NCBI GenBank assembly: GCA_963664395.2
Contig: OY761159.2
Coordinates: forward strand, 4,416,001-4,480,000
Direction of reading: 5' to 3'
DNA from: Candidatus Binatia bacterium
Lineage (GTDB): Bacteria > Desulfobacterota > Binatia > Bin18
DNA length: 64,000 nucleotides
Notes under the pieces: model-generated
Seen by the model: the letters and a program-made list of their open reading frames with translations, nothing else
Told to the model about the DNA's origin: nothing
The model's database searches: none
Shown: positions 1-10,014 of the stretch, in pieces
Numbering within the stretch: position 1 is the stretch's first letter
How the letters are laid out: each line of letters begins with the position of its first letter
Program-made: the position numbers and the translations under genes

Positions 1-3000
1 GCCGAGGCGCATATTGAATTGGCGAAACACGGTGTCATCAAGCCCTTTCCAGTCCCACTCTGTAGGGTCGATTCCCTTATCCGTATAGTTCAGCACGCTT
101 TCTTCGGCCATCTCTTCAACAATCTCCAGCACTTGGCCTTTCAGGTTCTCGCCCGCCAGAAATCCCCGGCGCTGCTCATAGATGACCTCACGCTGCTTAT
201 TAATAACGTCGTCATACTCCAGTAGATGTTTCCGAATATCGAAGTTATGGCCCTCTACCCGTCCTTGGGCATTTTCGATCGCGCGTGTGACCAGTTCTGC
301 TTCAATGGGCTCACCCTCTTCCATCCCCAGCCGGTCCATTATCTTTTGTACGCGTTCTGCGCCAAAAATGCGGAGGAGGTCATCTTCAAGCGAGAGGAAA
401 AATCGAGATGAACCAGGGTCTCCCTGGCGCCCCGCACGTCCGCGTAGCTGGTTATCAATCCGCCGTGACTCGTGACGCTCAGTGCCCAGAATGTGTACTC
501 CACCGGCAGCCACAACTTTTTCTCGCTCCTCACTACACGTTTTCTCGTACTTCTCAAGGATTTCATTAAAATTCTGACTATATACCTCGGGCGCTTTCTC
601 AAGCTGTTCTCGTACGTCTTCTATGACCTGGACGTGTTCCTTGCGCCGGTGCTCGTACACGCGTTCTGCCTCAGCGACAGCGTCTTCATACGGCTTCCGC
701 GCCGCTTCATAGCGTTGGTCAGCATCCTGGTAGGCTTGTTGATTTTCTTCATACGTACGGCGTGCCACTTCATATTCCTCTTGTACACGCCCGTTTTCAC
801 TCAGAGCCACGCCAGCCATTTGGATAATAGACCGACAATAATCCTCCGCCCAGCGTTCGTAACGGCTTCGCAACAAGTTGAGACGGTCGAGACGGTTAAG
901 GCGCTCAGACACCTGTCCCTCTCCTGTTCCATCTTCAGTCAGTACAGAAATGAAATCAGTACACGTGGCTTCATATTCCTGTTGTCGCTCTTCATTGAGC
1001 GCCGGGCCTACCACTTTGTCATATTCGGACAATGCTGACTCATACGCCTCTCGCGCTTGGCTATACGTCTCCAACTGCGCCGAGGAAAGGGAGCTGTGAG
1101 TGGTATCCATCGGCTGAGCAGCCTCTCCGTAGTCAGCCCGGGCTTTCTGCAGCGTAGCCTGGAGGTAGGGACGATAGGTCTCCGTCATCCGCTTCAATGC
1201 CGCATTGCGAGCCGATTCAAAAGGAGTCCAGTCCGGCTCATATTTTTCCAGAGCCTGGGCAATCGTGGCGGTATACTCTGCACGGATTTCTTCCAGTTGG
1301 TCTTCGTAGCTCTTTTCTGTTGTCGTCCCTGTTTTTGCGCCTTTCTTGGTCCGAGCAGCACTCGCCTTATTGATCCATTTTTTTTCAATCTCGGACCGGG
1401 CCAGGAATTCCGGGTTCCCACCAAGCAAAATATCAGTCCCGCGGCCCGCCATATTCGTGGCAATAGTTACCGCACCAAGGCGACCGGCCTGTGCAATAAT
1501 ATTTGCCTCAGCCTCATGGTTCACCGCGTTCAAGACATTGTGCTTGGCACCCTTGCGCTTGAGGAGTCTGCCCAGATGTTCAGACTTTTCGACTGAAATC
1601 GTGCCTACCAGCACCGGTTGCCCCCGTTCATGACAATCGAGTATATCGGTAATCACTGCCTCAAATTTCTCACGCTCGGTCTTGTATACCACGTCGGGAT
1701 GGTCAATCCGGACCATAGGTCGGTTGGGTGGAATAACGATCACATCGAGGTCGTAGATTTTCTTGAATTCAACCGCTTCCGTATCGGCTGTCCCGGTCAT
1801 GCCCCCCAACTTGCGGTACATGCGGAAGTAGTTCTGGATCGTGATAGTCGCAAGTGTTTGATTTTCCTCACGAATCCGGACGCCTTCTTTGGCTTCGACT
1901 GCTTGATGCAGTCCGTCCGACCAGCGGCGGCCAGGCATGAGACGACCGGTAAATTCATCAACGATGACAACCTCGCCATCCTTAATTACGTAGTCAACAT
2001 CCCGCTTGAAAATGGCATGGGCTTTCAACGCTTGGCTGACATGGTGCAAGGTCCCGATCTCAGACGGGTCGTACAGGTTACGGACTCCGAGAATACGCTC
2101 AACTTTAGATATCCCTTCTTCTGTAAGTGTTGAAGTTTTGAGTTTTTCGTCAATGGCATAATCCGCCTCGCGCTGGAGACGTGGAATGACTCGATTGAGG
2201 GAGTAGTATTTCTGTGTGGATTCTTCTGCCGGACCGGAAATAATAAGGGGCGTCCGGGCTTCGTCAATCAAAATATTATCAACTTCATCAACAATGGAAA
2301 AATGCAACTCACGCTGGACATAATCTTCAAGGTTGAACTTCATGTTATCGCGCAAGTAGTCGAAGCCATACTCGTTATTCGTTCCATAGGTGATATCAGC
2401 CGCATATGCCTCTTTTCGGCTGACCGGACGAAGATTCATAGACCGATAATCTTTGACCACATGTGCAGGGTCAAAGACGAAGCTGGTGTCGTGTACGATA
2501 GAAGCAATGGACAGCCCAAGGGCGTGATAAATAGGTCCCATCCACTGCACGTCGCGTCGCGCCAGATAGTCGTTCACGGTTACCAGATGCGAGCCACGAC
2601 CGAGCAAGGCGTTGAGATACAATGGCAAGGTGGCAACCAGCGTCTTTCCTTCGCCCGTTTTCATCTCAGCAATGCGGCCCTGATGGAGGACAATACCGCC
2701 AAGGAGCTGGCTATCGAAATGACGCATGCCGGTTACCCGACGCGAGACTTCGCGGACTGTGGCGTAGGCTTCGGGAAGGATGTCGTCAAGCACGTCGGCT
2801 TCAGCGGAATGGAGTTCTCTTTCCAGTGTCGTTTGTTCCTCTTGGAGGTAGTCCCGCCGCTCCAACACGTCTCCGTCAGGTCTGCCTTCCCCAGCAATCT
2901 CGGACGCCTGGTGTGAAATCTCACCCAGCTGCGTGCGTGTCGCTGCAGTGGTCGCTTGGATTCGACTGCGGAGGTCATCCGTTTTCGCGCGCAGCTCATC

Positions 3001-3120
3001 CATGCTGAGCTGTTGCAGTTCGGATTCAAACTGTCCGATCTCTTCCACCAATGGCTGCATCCGCTTGAGCTCGCGTTCGTTTTTGCTCCCAAAAATCTTC
3101 TGTGCCAACCGTGCTAACAT
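1..3120 (-). CDS. secA: Preprotein translocase ATPase SecA (3' end beyond window; enlarged VAR domain)
   Basis: Not in the ORF track because there is no stop inside the window. Manual translation from ATG 3120: [20 protein letters not shown], Walker [62 protein letters not shown]. Confidence 0.97.
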   Translation of the reverse strand, partial: MLARLAQKIFGSKNERELKRMQPLVEEIGQFESELQQLSMDELRAKTDDLRSRIQATTAATRTQLGEISHQASEIAGEGRPDGDVLERRDYLQEEQTTLERELHSAEADVLDDILPEAYATVREVSRRVTGMRHFDSQLLGGIVLHQGRIAEMKTGEGKTLVATLPLYLNALLGRGSHLVTVNDYLARRDVQWMGPIYHALGLSIASIVHDTSFVFDPAHVVKDYRSMNLRPVSRKEAYAADITYGTNNEYGFDYLRDNMKFNLEDYVQRELHFSIVDEVDNILIDEARTPLIISGPAEESTQKYYSLNRVIPRLQREADYAIDEKLKTSTLTEEGISKVERILGVRNLYDPSEIGTLHHVSQALKAHAIFKRDVDYVIKDGEVVIVDEFTGRLMPGRRWSDGLHQAVEAKEGVRIREENQTLATITIQNYFRMYRKLGGMTGTADTEAVEFKKIYDLDVIVIPPNRPMVRIDHPDVVYKTEREKFEAVITDILDCHERGQPVLVGTISVEKSEHLGRLLKRKGAKHNVLNAVNHEAEANIIAQAGRLGAVTIATNMAGRGTDILLGGNPEFLARSEIEKKWINKASAARTKKGAKTGTTTEKSYEDQLEEIRAEYTATIAQALEKYEPDWTPFESARNAALKRMTETYRPYLQATLQKARADYGEAAQPMDTTHSSLSSAQLETYSQAREAYESALSEYDKVVGPALNEERQQEYEATCTDFISVLTEDGTGEGQVSERLNRLDRLNLLRSRYERWAEDYCRSIIQMAGVALSENGRVQEEYEVARRTYEENQQAYQDADQRYEAARKPYEDAVAEAERVYEHRRKEHVQVIEDVREQLEKAPEVYSQNFNEILEKYEKTCSEEREKVVAAGGVHILGTERHESRRIDNQLRGRAGRQGDPGSSRFFLSLEDDLLRIFGAERVQKIMDRLGMEEGEPIEAELVTRAIENAQGRVEGHNFDIRKHLLEYDDVINKQREVIYEQRRGFLAGENLKGQVLEIVEEMAEESVLNYTDKGIDPTEWDWKGLDDTVFRQFNMRLG

Positions 3121-3156
3121 GATCGTGTTACCTTTGGATTATGTATCCACACACTA

Positions 3157-3981
3157 TTAACGCTCTATACGTACTGCTGATTCAACCACGTCCCCGAGAA
3201 AGCGGGCGCCGACCTTAATGAACTGATCCGGGCTGTCTGTCACGAAAAAGCTTCCCCGGCCCAGGCCATTCGACTGGGTCCGGCGGTTGTTGGGTAAGGT
3301 CTCCACCACCACCTTTGCTGTTTCCTCAGCAGAATCAACGAGCTGTACGTGTGCTCCAAGATACGTCGCAATAGTCTTTTTTAATAAAGGGTAATGCGTG
3401 CAGCCTAAAATCAACGTATCTATCCCACTCTGTTTGAGGCTACTGAGATACGTCGCAACTGTCGAGTGGGCCACATCGTTCTCCACCCAGCCCTCCTCGA
3501 CTAAAGGGACAAACAATGGACACGCGCGCGTATAAATCTCAATAGACGGGTCTAGGGCGCGAAGTGCTTTTGTATAGGCTCCACTCGCTATCGTTGCTTC
3601 AGTCCCAATCACCCCTATTTTTCTGTTTTGACTGGACCGGGCGGCTGCCGAGGCACCTGGCTGTATCACACCGATAACGGGTATGGAGTAGCGTTCTTGT
3701 AAAGTCATAAGCGCGACTGCCGAAGCAGTATTACACGCCACAACCAGCATCTTGATATTCCGTTCAGCAAGAAAGTCGCTATTCTCACACGCATACTGCG
3801 TCACAACATCGTGCGACTTTGTCCCATAAGGACAGCGCGCAGTATCCCCCAAGTAGATCAGGTTTTCGGCCGGCAAGAGAGTCGCAATTTGCTGATAGAC
3901 CGTAAGCCCGCCTATGCCGGAGTCAAAAATTCCGATGGCTGCATCCCCACTCACTCCATTCACCTTTCGGTCCATCAGCAT
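3157..3981 (-). CDS. murI: Glutamate racemase
   Basis: IGIFDSGIGGLTV, GDTARCPYG, catalytic VACNTASA and LGCTHYP motifs. Confidence 0.96.
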   Translation of the reverse strand: MLMDRKVNGVSGDAAIGIFDSGIGGLTVYQQIATLLPAENLIYLGDTARCPYGTKSHDVVTQYACENSDFLAERNIKMLVVACNTASAVALMTLQERYSIPVIGVIQPGASAAARSSQNRKIGVIGTEATIASGAYTKALRALDPSIEIYTRACPLFVPLVEEGWVENDVAHSTVATYLSSLKQSGIDTLILGCTHYPLLKKTIATYLGAHVQLVDSAEETAKVVVETLPNNRRTQSNGLGRGSFFVTDSPDQFIKVGARFLGDVVESAVRIER

Positions 3982-4108
3982 ATATCAAAGAGTGATGTTA
4001 CACATGAGAGTATTTGCCATCTCATCATCTAACTATTTGATATATTTTCAGTTTACCAACCAGAGAAAATACTTGAAGATGATGAATTATCTCACCTAAT
4101 CTCTTACG

Positions 4109-4124
4109 TGTTTCACACGAAACA
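4109..4124. promoter_or_regulatory. parS-like palindrome
   Basis: TGTTTCACACGAAACA matches the parS consensus TGTTTCACGTGAAACA at 14/16 and lies in an AT-rich intergenic region. Confidence 0.4.
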
Positions 4125-4160
4125 TTTCCCCATCCACATAAGATATTATCTCACCCTGCG

Positions 4161-5174
4161 TTACTGACCAAACGTCTCAACAATAAGCCGATGATTCTCT
4201 TGTACGCGGTCAGCTCGTATACCAGCAGTTGGTGTATACAGAATAGGGAGATCCACAATATCCTTCCATTTCTCAATCTGCTCACGACATTCTTCCGGAG
4301 TGCCCGCGATCGCGATTTGTTCGACCATATCGTCGGTCACAGCAGCAGCCATCTTCGGCAAGTTAAAGGTTTTGAAATTTTTCCATATAGCAAGTTTTTG
4401 TTCTTCCCAACCATGCATGTTCAGAATGCCCTCGTAGGATTTCACCGAGGCATAAAAGGCAATCTGGTTTTTCGCGTCGCGTATGGCTTGCTCGCGGTCA
4501 TGGCTTATAGCGGTAATAAGCAGTGTTGTAATGTCAATATCCTTAGGGTCACGACCTGCCCGCCTCGCTCCGACCTCTATATTCGGTCGAATAAATTCAG
4601 CGATATACTTGCGGCTGTACAGCGGGTGGCCGACTAAGCCATCGGCAACCTCGCCAGTCGTGCGCAGCATGCCTTTTTGCACTGCGGCCAAATAGAGTGG
4701 AATACGATCACGCACAATATACGGACGCACGTACGCAGGAATGTTCAACGTGTAATAATCGCCCTCAAATTTCATCCCACCGCCTTTATGCGATGCCCAT
4801 ATTTTTCTGATAAGCGCGACATACTCTTTCATTTTCCGCGCCGAACGGGGCTCAAACTTCTCCCCATACCACATTTCATTCATGGAACGGGTTCCACTCC
4901 CCAAGCCAAGAATCAGACGGCCATTCGAGAGTTCGTCAATATCCATCGCTCCGGTCGCATTCAGCACGGGGTTACGCATATATGCATAGGCAATGCCGGT
5001 GGCAATTTTGGCGCGTTGGGTACACGTGGCAACCGCGGCCAAGGTGACTAGGCCATTTCGATTAAAAAACTCACCGTTCCAAAGCGAATCAAAGCCAGCC
5101 TCATCTGCGAGCCTGGCGATTTCCATCATATCGCTGATCGTAGGCGTAAAAAGAGCGATTCCAAGTCGCTGCAT
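4161..5174 (-). CDS. LLM-class (luciferase-like) flavin/F420-dependent oxidoreductase
   Basis: ADEAGFDSLWNGE, DELSNGRLILGLGSG, GEVADG, IAGTPEEC. GGAGG RBS precedes ATG 5174. Confidence 0.88.
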   Translation of the reverse strand: MQRLGIALFTPTISDMMEIARLADEAGFDSLWNGEFFNRNGLVTLAAVATCTQRAKIATGIAYAYMRNPVLNATGAMDIDELSNGRLILGLGSGTRSMNEMWYGEKFEPRSARKMKEYVALIRKIWASHKGGGMKFEGDYYTLNIPAYVRPYIVRDRIPLYLAAVQKGMLRTTGEVADGLVGHPLYSRKYIAEFIRPNIEVGARRAGRDPKDIDITTLLITAISHDREQAIRDAKNQIAFYASVKSYEGILNMHGWEEQKLAIWKNFKTFNLPKMAAAVTDDMVEQIAIAGTPEECREQIEKWKDIVDLPILYTPTAGIRADRVQENHRLIVETFGQ

Positions 5175-5285
5175 ATATTCCTCCAAATTTGACAGAAGAA
5201 AAATTATCAGCCTTATTTTATTTATTCGATGAAAGATTGTTCATGAATAGGCAGATTCAATGGAGTTCTCAGAAAAAACGACATT

Positions 5286-6038
5286 TTATTCCAACACCTG
5301 CCCGCCACACACCGGCATATAGTGGCCGGTTATGAAACTACTCAATTCGGACGCAAAAAACAGCGCCGCGTTTGCCGTATCTTCAACCGTTCCGGTTCTT
5401 CGCAACGGAACTTTACGTTCATGCTTTGCCCGAGTTTCTGGTGTAAGCACGTCTTTTACTTCCTGGGTCAAGGTCAAACCGGGAGAGACAATATTGACCG
5501 TAATATTATATTGACCAACTTCAACAGCCAGATTCCGAGAGAAGCCCAACATGGCTGTTTTGGCTGTGATATAGGCGTGATAGTGCGGACTTGGTTGGTG
5601 AATTCCAATCGTGTTGATACTGACGATCCGCCCCCAGCGCCGCGTTTTCATTCCAGGGAGAACCGCTTGAGCACACACAAAGGCCGCTTTTACCGTAGTG
5701 TCAAGCTGGTGCTGCCAGTCCGGCCAGGTCGTGTCTTGAAACGACTTGTGCGGAATACCACCGGCATAATTACTGACGAGGATATCAACCTGGCCGAATC
5801 GCTCTTCGGTTTGGCGAAGCATATGCAGGACCTGGGCTTCATCCGTAATGTCTGCTTTTACAAATAGGGCCTGCCCGCCTCCTGACTCAATCTCTTCAAG
5901 CACGTGTTGAGGATGCCCTTCCTCTTTGACTTGATTAATAACAACCTTGGCTCCTTCACCGGCAAAAACACGGGCAATGCCAGCTCCCGTGCCTCGTACT
6001 GAGCCGGTAATAAGCGCAACTTTGTTTTTCAGAAGCAT
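5286..6038 (-). CDS. Short-chain dehydrogenase/reductase (FabG-like)
   Basis: VALITGSVRGTG Rossmann motif, YxxxK (YITAK), ITVNIVSPG, ITGHYMPVCGG. Confidence 0.9.
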   Translation of the reverse strand: MLLKNKVALITGSVRGTGAGIARVFAGEGAKVVINQVKEEGHPQHVLEEIESGGGQALFVKADITDEAQVLHMLRQTEERFGQVDILVSNYAGGIPHKSFQDTTWPDWQHQLDTTVKAAFVCAQAVLPGMKTRRWGRIVSINTIGIHQPSPHYHAYITAKTAMLGFSRNLAVEVGQYNITVNIVSPGLTLTQEVKDVLTPETRAKHERKVPLRRTGTVEDTANAALFFASELSSFITGHYMPVCGGQVLE

Positions 6039-6128
6039 GGCTGCCCCCCCACATCAGGATAACTATCCTGCAGTCTGACGAATGATAGTCATATCAAGTA
6101 AGGTTGTCTCTCAATTTTATCCTGCACC

Positions 6129-7280
6129 CTACCCCGGCTGCAAACCAAGCCCGCGGATCGCAATAATATTGCGCAGAATATTGCTCGTTCCACCCTGGAT
6201 CGTATAGGCGGGAGCGTACAGATATTCTCGGGCCGCGCGGCCGGCTAATCGGGCATGGGGCGAGTCAGGCAGGAGGACCGCATAATCGCCAAGCAGTTCA
6301 CTCACCGCTTTAGCAATACGCTGTTCCACTTCCGTACAAAAACACTTTGCCATGGCAGCTTCGTAGTTCGGAACACTCTTCTGTGTCAGATACCAGGCAA
6401 CCTTGTAGACCATGGAGCGACCCAGATCGAGTTCGATATGAAGCTGAGACAGGGTGTCCCGGACGAGCGGATCTTTGGTCAGCCCCTGCTCCTTTGCATA
6501 CCGAACAGCATCCCGAAAAAGGGGATAGTTACTCAGTAAACGCTCAATACCACTGCGTTCATAGTCAAGCTGAGAGGCAATCTGATACCAGCCTCGATTC
6601 TTCTCGCCAATCAGCCGATTTTTGGGTACCTCGACATTATCAAAGAAGACCTCATTGAAGTGATGTTCACCCGTCGCATCCATGAGTGGTCGAACCTCAA
6701 TGCCGGGTGTATGCATATCAACCAAGAATTCACTAATACCCTTATGCTTCGGGGCATCCGGGTCCGTACGAGCGACCAGATAGGCATAGTCTGCAACATG
6801 GGCAAAGCTGGTCCATATCTTTTGGCCGTTCAAGGTATAGTGATCGCCCTCCTCGTCCGCCCGGGTCCGCAGCGAAGCCAAGTCAGAACCGGACCCAGGT
6901 TCACTCATGCCGAGGCAAAAGACGATCTCACCTTTACAGACCTGCGGTAATATGTCTTGCTTTTGCTCTTCACGTCCATACGCCAGAAGGGCCGGACCGA
7001 CTTGACGATCGCCAAGCCAGTGCGCTGCGACCGGAGCTCCAGCGCGCAGAAGTTCTTCAGTCAGGATTAATCGATCAAGATACGACTTTTCTTGACCACC
7101 ATATTTCTTGGGCCAAGTGAGCCCGATCCAGCCTTGCTGGCCAAGTTTCTGAGAGAATTCACGCGAGTAGCCACTGATCCAACCATCTTCAACACAAACC
7201 TCAGCCGACACCTCGCTCGACAGGAATTCTCTGATTTCCGCGCGAAACGCTTCTTGTTCTTTGCTGAGAGCGAAATCCAT
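6129..7280 (-). CDS. Acyl-CoA dehydrogenase family protein
   Basis: FCLGMSEPGSGSDLASL, LNGQKIWTS, FNEVFFDNV, TIQGGTSNI. Confidence 0.93.
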   Translation of the reverse strand: MDFALSKEQEAFRAEIREFLSSEVSAEVCVEDGWISGYSREFSQKLGQQGWIGLTWPKKYGGQEKSYLDRLILTEELLRAGAPVAAHWLGDRQVGPALLAYGREEQKQDILPQVCKGEIVFCLGMSEPGSGSDLASLRTRADEEGDHYTLNGQKIWTSFAHVADYAYLVARTDPDAPKHKGISEFLVDMHTPGIEVRPLMDATGEHHFNEVFFDNVEVPKNRLIGEKNRGWYQIASQLDYERSGIERLLSNYPLFRDAVRYAKEQGLTKDPLVRDTLSQLHIELDLGRSMVYKVAWYLTQKSVPNYEAAMAKCFCTEVEQRIAKAVSELLGDYAVLLPDSPHARLAGRAAREYLYAPAYTIQGGTSNILRNIIAIRGLGLQPG

Positions 7281-7330
7281 ACAATCTCCTTGACTGAGAT
7301 TTTTGTGATTATACAGGATTGACCAGGATT

Positions 7331-9613
7331 TTATGACAATTCGACTTTCTGACTTCCGACTTCAAGCGCCTCACACTCGTGACCTGAGGCGATCATGACC
7401 TCCGAGTCGCGTGAGCAACCCAGGTGCAAGGCAAAGGGACCGCAGTCATCAAATTGCTGGGCAATAATCCACATCTGTTCAATATCAGGGCTGACCTGGG
7501 GCAAAATTTCAAGCGTCTTTCGGGTACGCTGGGCGTCAAAAAAGGCGAACGGCTCATCAAGGATAAGGCTCTCAATGCCACACAGCGAGGCACTAATCAG
7601 GGCTTGCGACAAGGCGAGACGGATGGCCAACATGACCTGATTATAGGTTCCCCCCGAAATTTCGTTCAGACCGACAAAATGACCCTTTTCACTCGACCAG
7701 ACCCGGACGTTGAGGTCATTATCGATTTGCATGGTCTCGTAACGTCCCTCGGTGAGCTTCGGCATGATTTTACTCACAACATGCCGCATTTCCAGGTTAA
7801 ACCGGCTCAATAAACGCCGGTGCGAGCCGGCCAGGAGATTTTGAGCGGTCCGCCGTATTTCAATACTGCGGGTTTTGCCCTCAATATCCTTTTCGAGCGT
7901 CACGATCTCCAGGTCCAACTGCGTCGCTTCATTGAGTCGGCGCTCTTCTTCCGTAATCGCCTGATCCAAACGGTCCAGGTCCTGGTGTATGGCAGCCAGA
8001 CTCGTCTCACCAGCCTGTATTTCTTCAGTGATCCGCCGGGTTATGGCGTCGGCATCCTCCTGGCAGGTGAGGCGGGCCGCCTCCAGCGGAGCCATAAAAG
8101 CGGCGAGCGCCTCCGCTTCGAGCAGCGCCGCCCCGGGACCACCGGCAAACCGGGTCAGGGCTTCTTTCAGTTGCGTATCATCACAAGCATCAAGAGTCGC
8201 CACCTCAGCGACCAGGGACTGCTGCGGGAAGTCTTCAAGCCTGTGGTGCTGAGCTTTGATGTCTTCCTGGTCGGCCTGCAGACGCGCGGCCTCCTGCCGG
8301 ACCGTCATAATCCGCTCCGTCAGGACGAAGACCAGAACGAGCAACACCAGGCTCAGCCCACTGGAGAGCGCGGCGACAAGGGAAAGCGCAGTGTTGTACG
8401 TCACCAATTGCAGGTCGGTGCTGAGCCACTGTCCGAGGGCGTGGTCTGGCATATGGTTCAGAAACCAGAGCGCGGTCCAACTCGCCATCATAATCAGAAG
8501 CGTAATAAAAAAGCCGATAATAGGACCGGTCCGCTTCCCGCGCAGGCCCTCTCCCTGACTGAGGAGCCGCGCCCGCTGGTCGGGTAAAGAGCGCGCACGA
8601 ACGTCAACCTCAGCCGGCCGCTCTGTCTGGCCGATGAGCCAGGCCAGACCTTGGCGATACGCGGCTGTCGCGTTCCGCACAGGGGTAAAAGCCTGAAGAC
8701 GCCCGCGCAGATCGTCACTCCAGGACTGGAGCGCCCCGGTCAGGCGTGGACCCGCACCGGATTCTGCCTCTTCACCCGCCGCGCCCACGGCTTGGGTGGC
8801 GGTATCGATGCGGTCCGTATAATGCAGCCACTGCTCCAGGCTGGTATCGAGACTGGCTCGGGTCGTCTGTTTGACCTGCTCGGCGATCTCTGCGGTTGCA
8901 GCCCGCAGGCGGTCGAGCGTTAAATGACGGACCGTATTTTCTTTTTTTCGCTCAGCAATAGCTGCGGTGTGCGCGTTCCGTTCTGCCTTCAGATTGGACA
9001 AGGCATCAGCCTGGATATTAAGTTCAGTGCGCTGCTGGCGAGCCTCGGCAATATCCCGATGCAGAGGGGCGAGTTCTTCCTGGAAGGTGTGGATATCGGA
9101 CTCACACTCAGCCGCCACCTGCTCAAAGGTTTCGATACCGGCCAGCGCCTTGGCGGTCTGCAGGAGCATGGACGGAGAGGCGATATTGCGCTGAGCCAGA
9201 TAGAAGGAATCGATAAAGCGTTGATAGCTAAACCCGCACAGCTGGGCCACATTCTCGTTCACCGCGGCGGCCCCACGGACAAAAGGCTCCGCTTCCCCTT
9301 CCCGGCGAAGCTGGGCCAGATTATTCCCGTCTACGTCAAAGGAGCGGGTAATCAGATAACCGTGTTTATCCTTGGCAAGAAAGCCAACAGCGACGGAAGC
9401 GCTAAACTCGCCCCACTTGATGTTTTTTTGGAAGTCGTCCTCAGCGTGAGAGAATGTCCGGCCAAACAGCGCCAGACACAGAATCTCGGCAATGGTCGTT
9501 TTGCCGGATTCATTGGAACCGCTTATCCCAATCACTCCCCGGCGGGGGAGATTCGTCAGCTCCAGTTCTGCATACCGAAGCACATTTTTCGCTTGGACAC
9601 GCGTAATGATCAT
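7331..9613 (-). CDS. Rad50/SbcC/SMC-like ABC ATPase with coiled coils and a central transmembrane hairpin
   Basis: Walker A GSNESGKTT, Q-loop FYLAQ, signature ISGGT, Walker B LILDEPF. Long heptad-rich arms and two hydrophobic segments in the middle. Confidence 0.85.
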   Translation of the reverse strand: MIITRVQAKNVLRYAELELTNLPRRGVIGISGSNESGKTTIAEILCLALFGRTFSHAEDDFQKNIKWGEFSASVAVGFLAKDKHGYLITRSFDVDGNNLAQLRREGEAEPFVRGAAAVNENVAQLCGFSYQRFIDSFYLAQRNIASPSMLLQTAKALAGIETFEQVAAECESDIHTFQEELAPLHRDIAEARQQRTELNIQADALSNLKAERNAHTAAIAERKKENTVRHLTLDRLRAATAEIAEQVKQTTRASLDTSLEQWLHYTDRIDTATQAVGAAGEEAESGAGPRLTGALQSWSDDLRGRLQAFTPVRNATAAYRQGLAWLIGQTERPAEVDVRARSLPDQRARLLSQGEGLRGKRTGPIIGFFITLLIMMASWTALWFLNHMPDHALGQWLSTDLQLVTYNTALSLVAALSSGLSLVLLVLVFVLTERIMTVRQEAARLQADQEDIKAQHHRLEDFPQQSLVAEVATLDACDDTQLKEALTRFAGGPGAALLEAEALAAFMAPLEAARLTCQEDADAITRRITEEIQAGETSLAAIHQDLDRLDQAITEEERRLNEATQLDLEIVTLEKDIEGKTRSIEIRRTAQNLLAGSHRRLLSRFNLEMRHVVSKIMPKLTEGRYETMQIDNDLNVRVWSSEKGHFVGLNEISGGTYNQVMLAIRLALSQALISASLCGIESLILDEPFAFFDAQRTRKTLEILPQVSPDIEQMWIIAQQFDDCGPFALHLGCSRDSEVMIASGHECEALEVGSQKVELS

Positions 9614-9643
9614 GAAAGATTCCTTTGAAATTCCTTGACTCGA

Positions 9644-9826
9644 TTATCGATGCGGGCTGAGTTTACGAAGGACGAGAGAGACCGCCTCCTGGTAGAGACT
9701 CTCGTCAAAATCAGGATTGTCGCTCCGTAAGCGTTCGATTTCTGCTTGGCTGTGCTGCTCGAATTCCTCTGCGAGGCTAGTGAGCCGAAATTCTTTTACC
9801 AGAGTCGTATCCTTTGCTGTTGCCAC
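9644..9826 (-). CDS. Small hypothetical protein (60 aa) directly upstream of the SMC-like gene
   Basis: GTG start with GGGAGG RBS; 30 bp gap to the downstream ATPase; amphipathic helical sequence. Confidence 0.65.
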   Translation of the reverse strand: MATAKDTTLVKEFRLTSLAEEFEQHSQAEIERLRSDNPDFDESLYQEAVSLVLRKLSPHR

Positions 9827-10014
9827 TCGGTCCTCCCTTGTCTCGTTGTTACGACTGAATTCAGTCTATATATACGGACGGGTTCATTATAACGACCACC
9901 CCCGGTCCTGGAATCTGGCCTCTCATCAAGTCCGACTTGGCAATTGTCAAGTCCTCAGCTACGCTAGAGCCTCAAGAAAGCAGCTACAAGAAGGCAGTTA
10001 AAGGAGGCACACTG

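Noticed and set aside
517-1413. Intein in SecA
   Set aside because: No N-terminal Cys/Ser splice block, no His-Asn end and no LAGLIDADG motif. The insert is helical and sits at the known variable domain.
19-3160. Numerous + strand ORFs over secA, and similar long antisense ORFs elsewhere
   Set aside because: These are shadows of real genes on the opposite strand in GC-rich DNA, with no motifs or RBS.
3143-4140. oriC / DnaA-box cluster
   Set aside because: Only isolated imperfect matches (for example GTATCCACA); no box cluster, unwinding-element repeats or dnaA gene.
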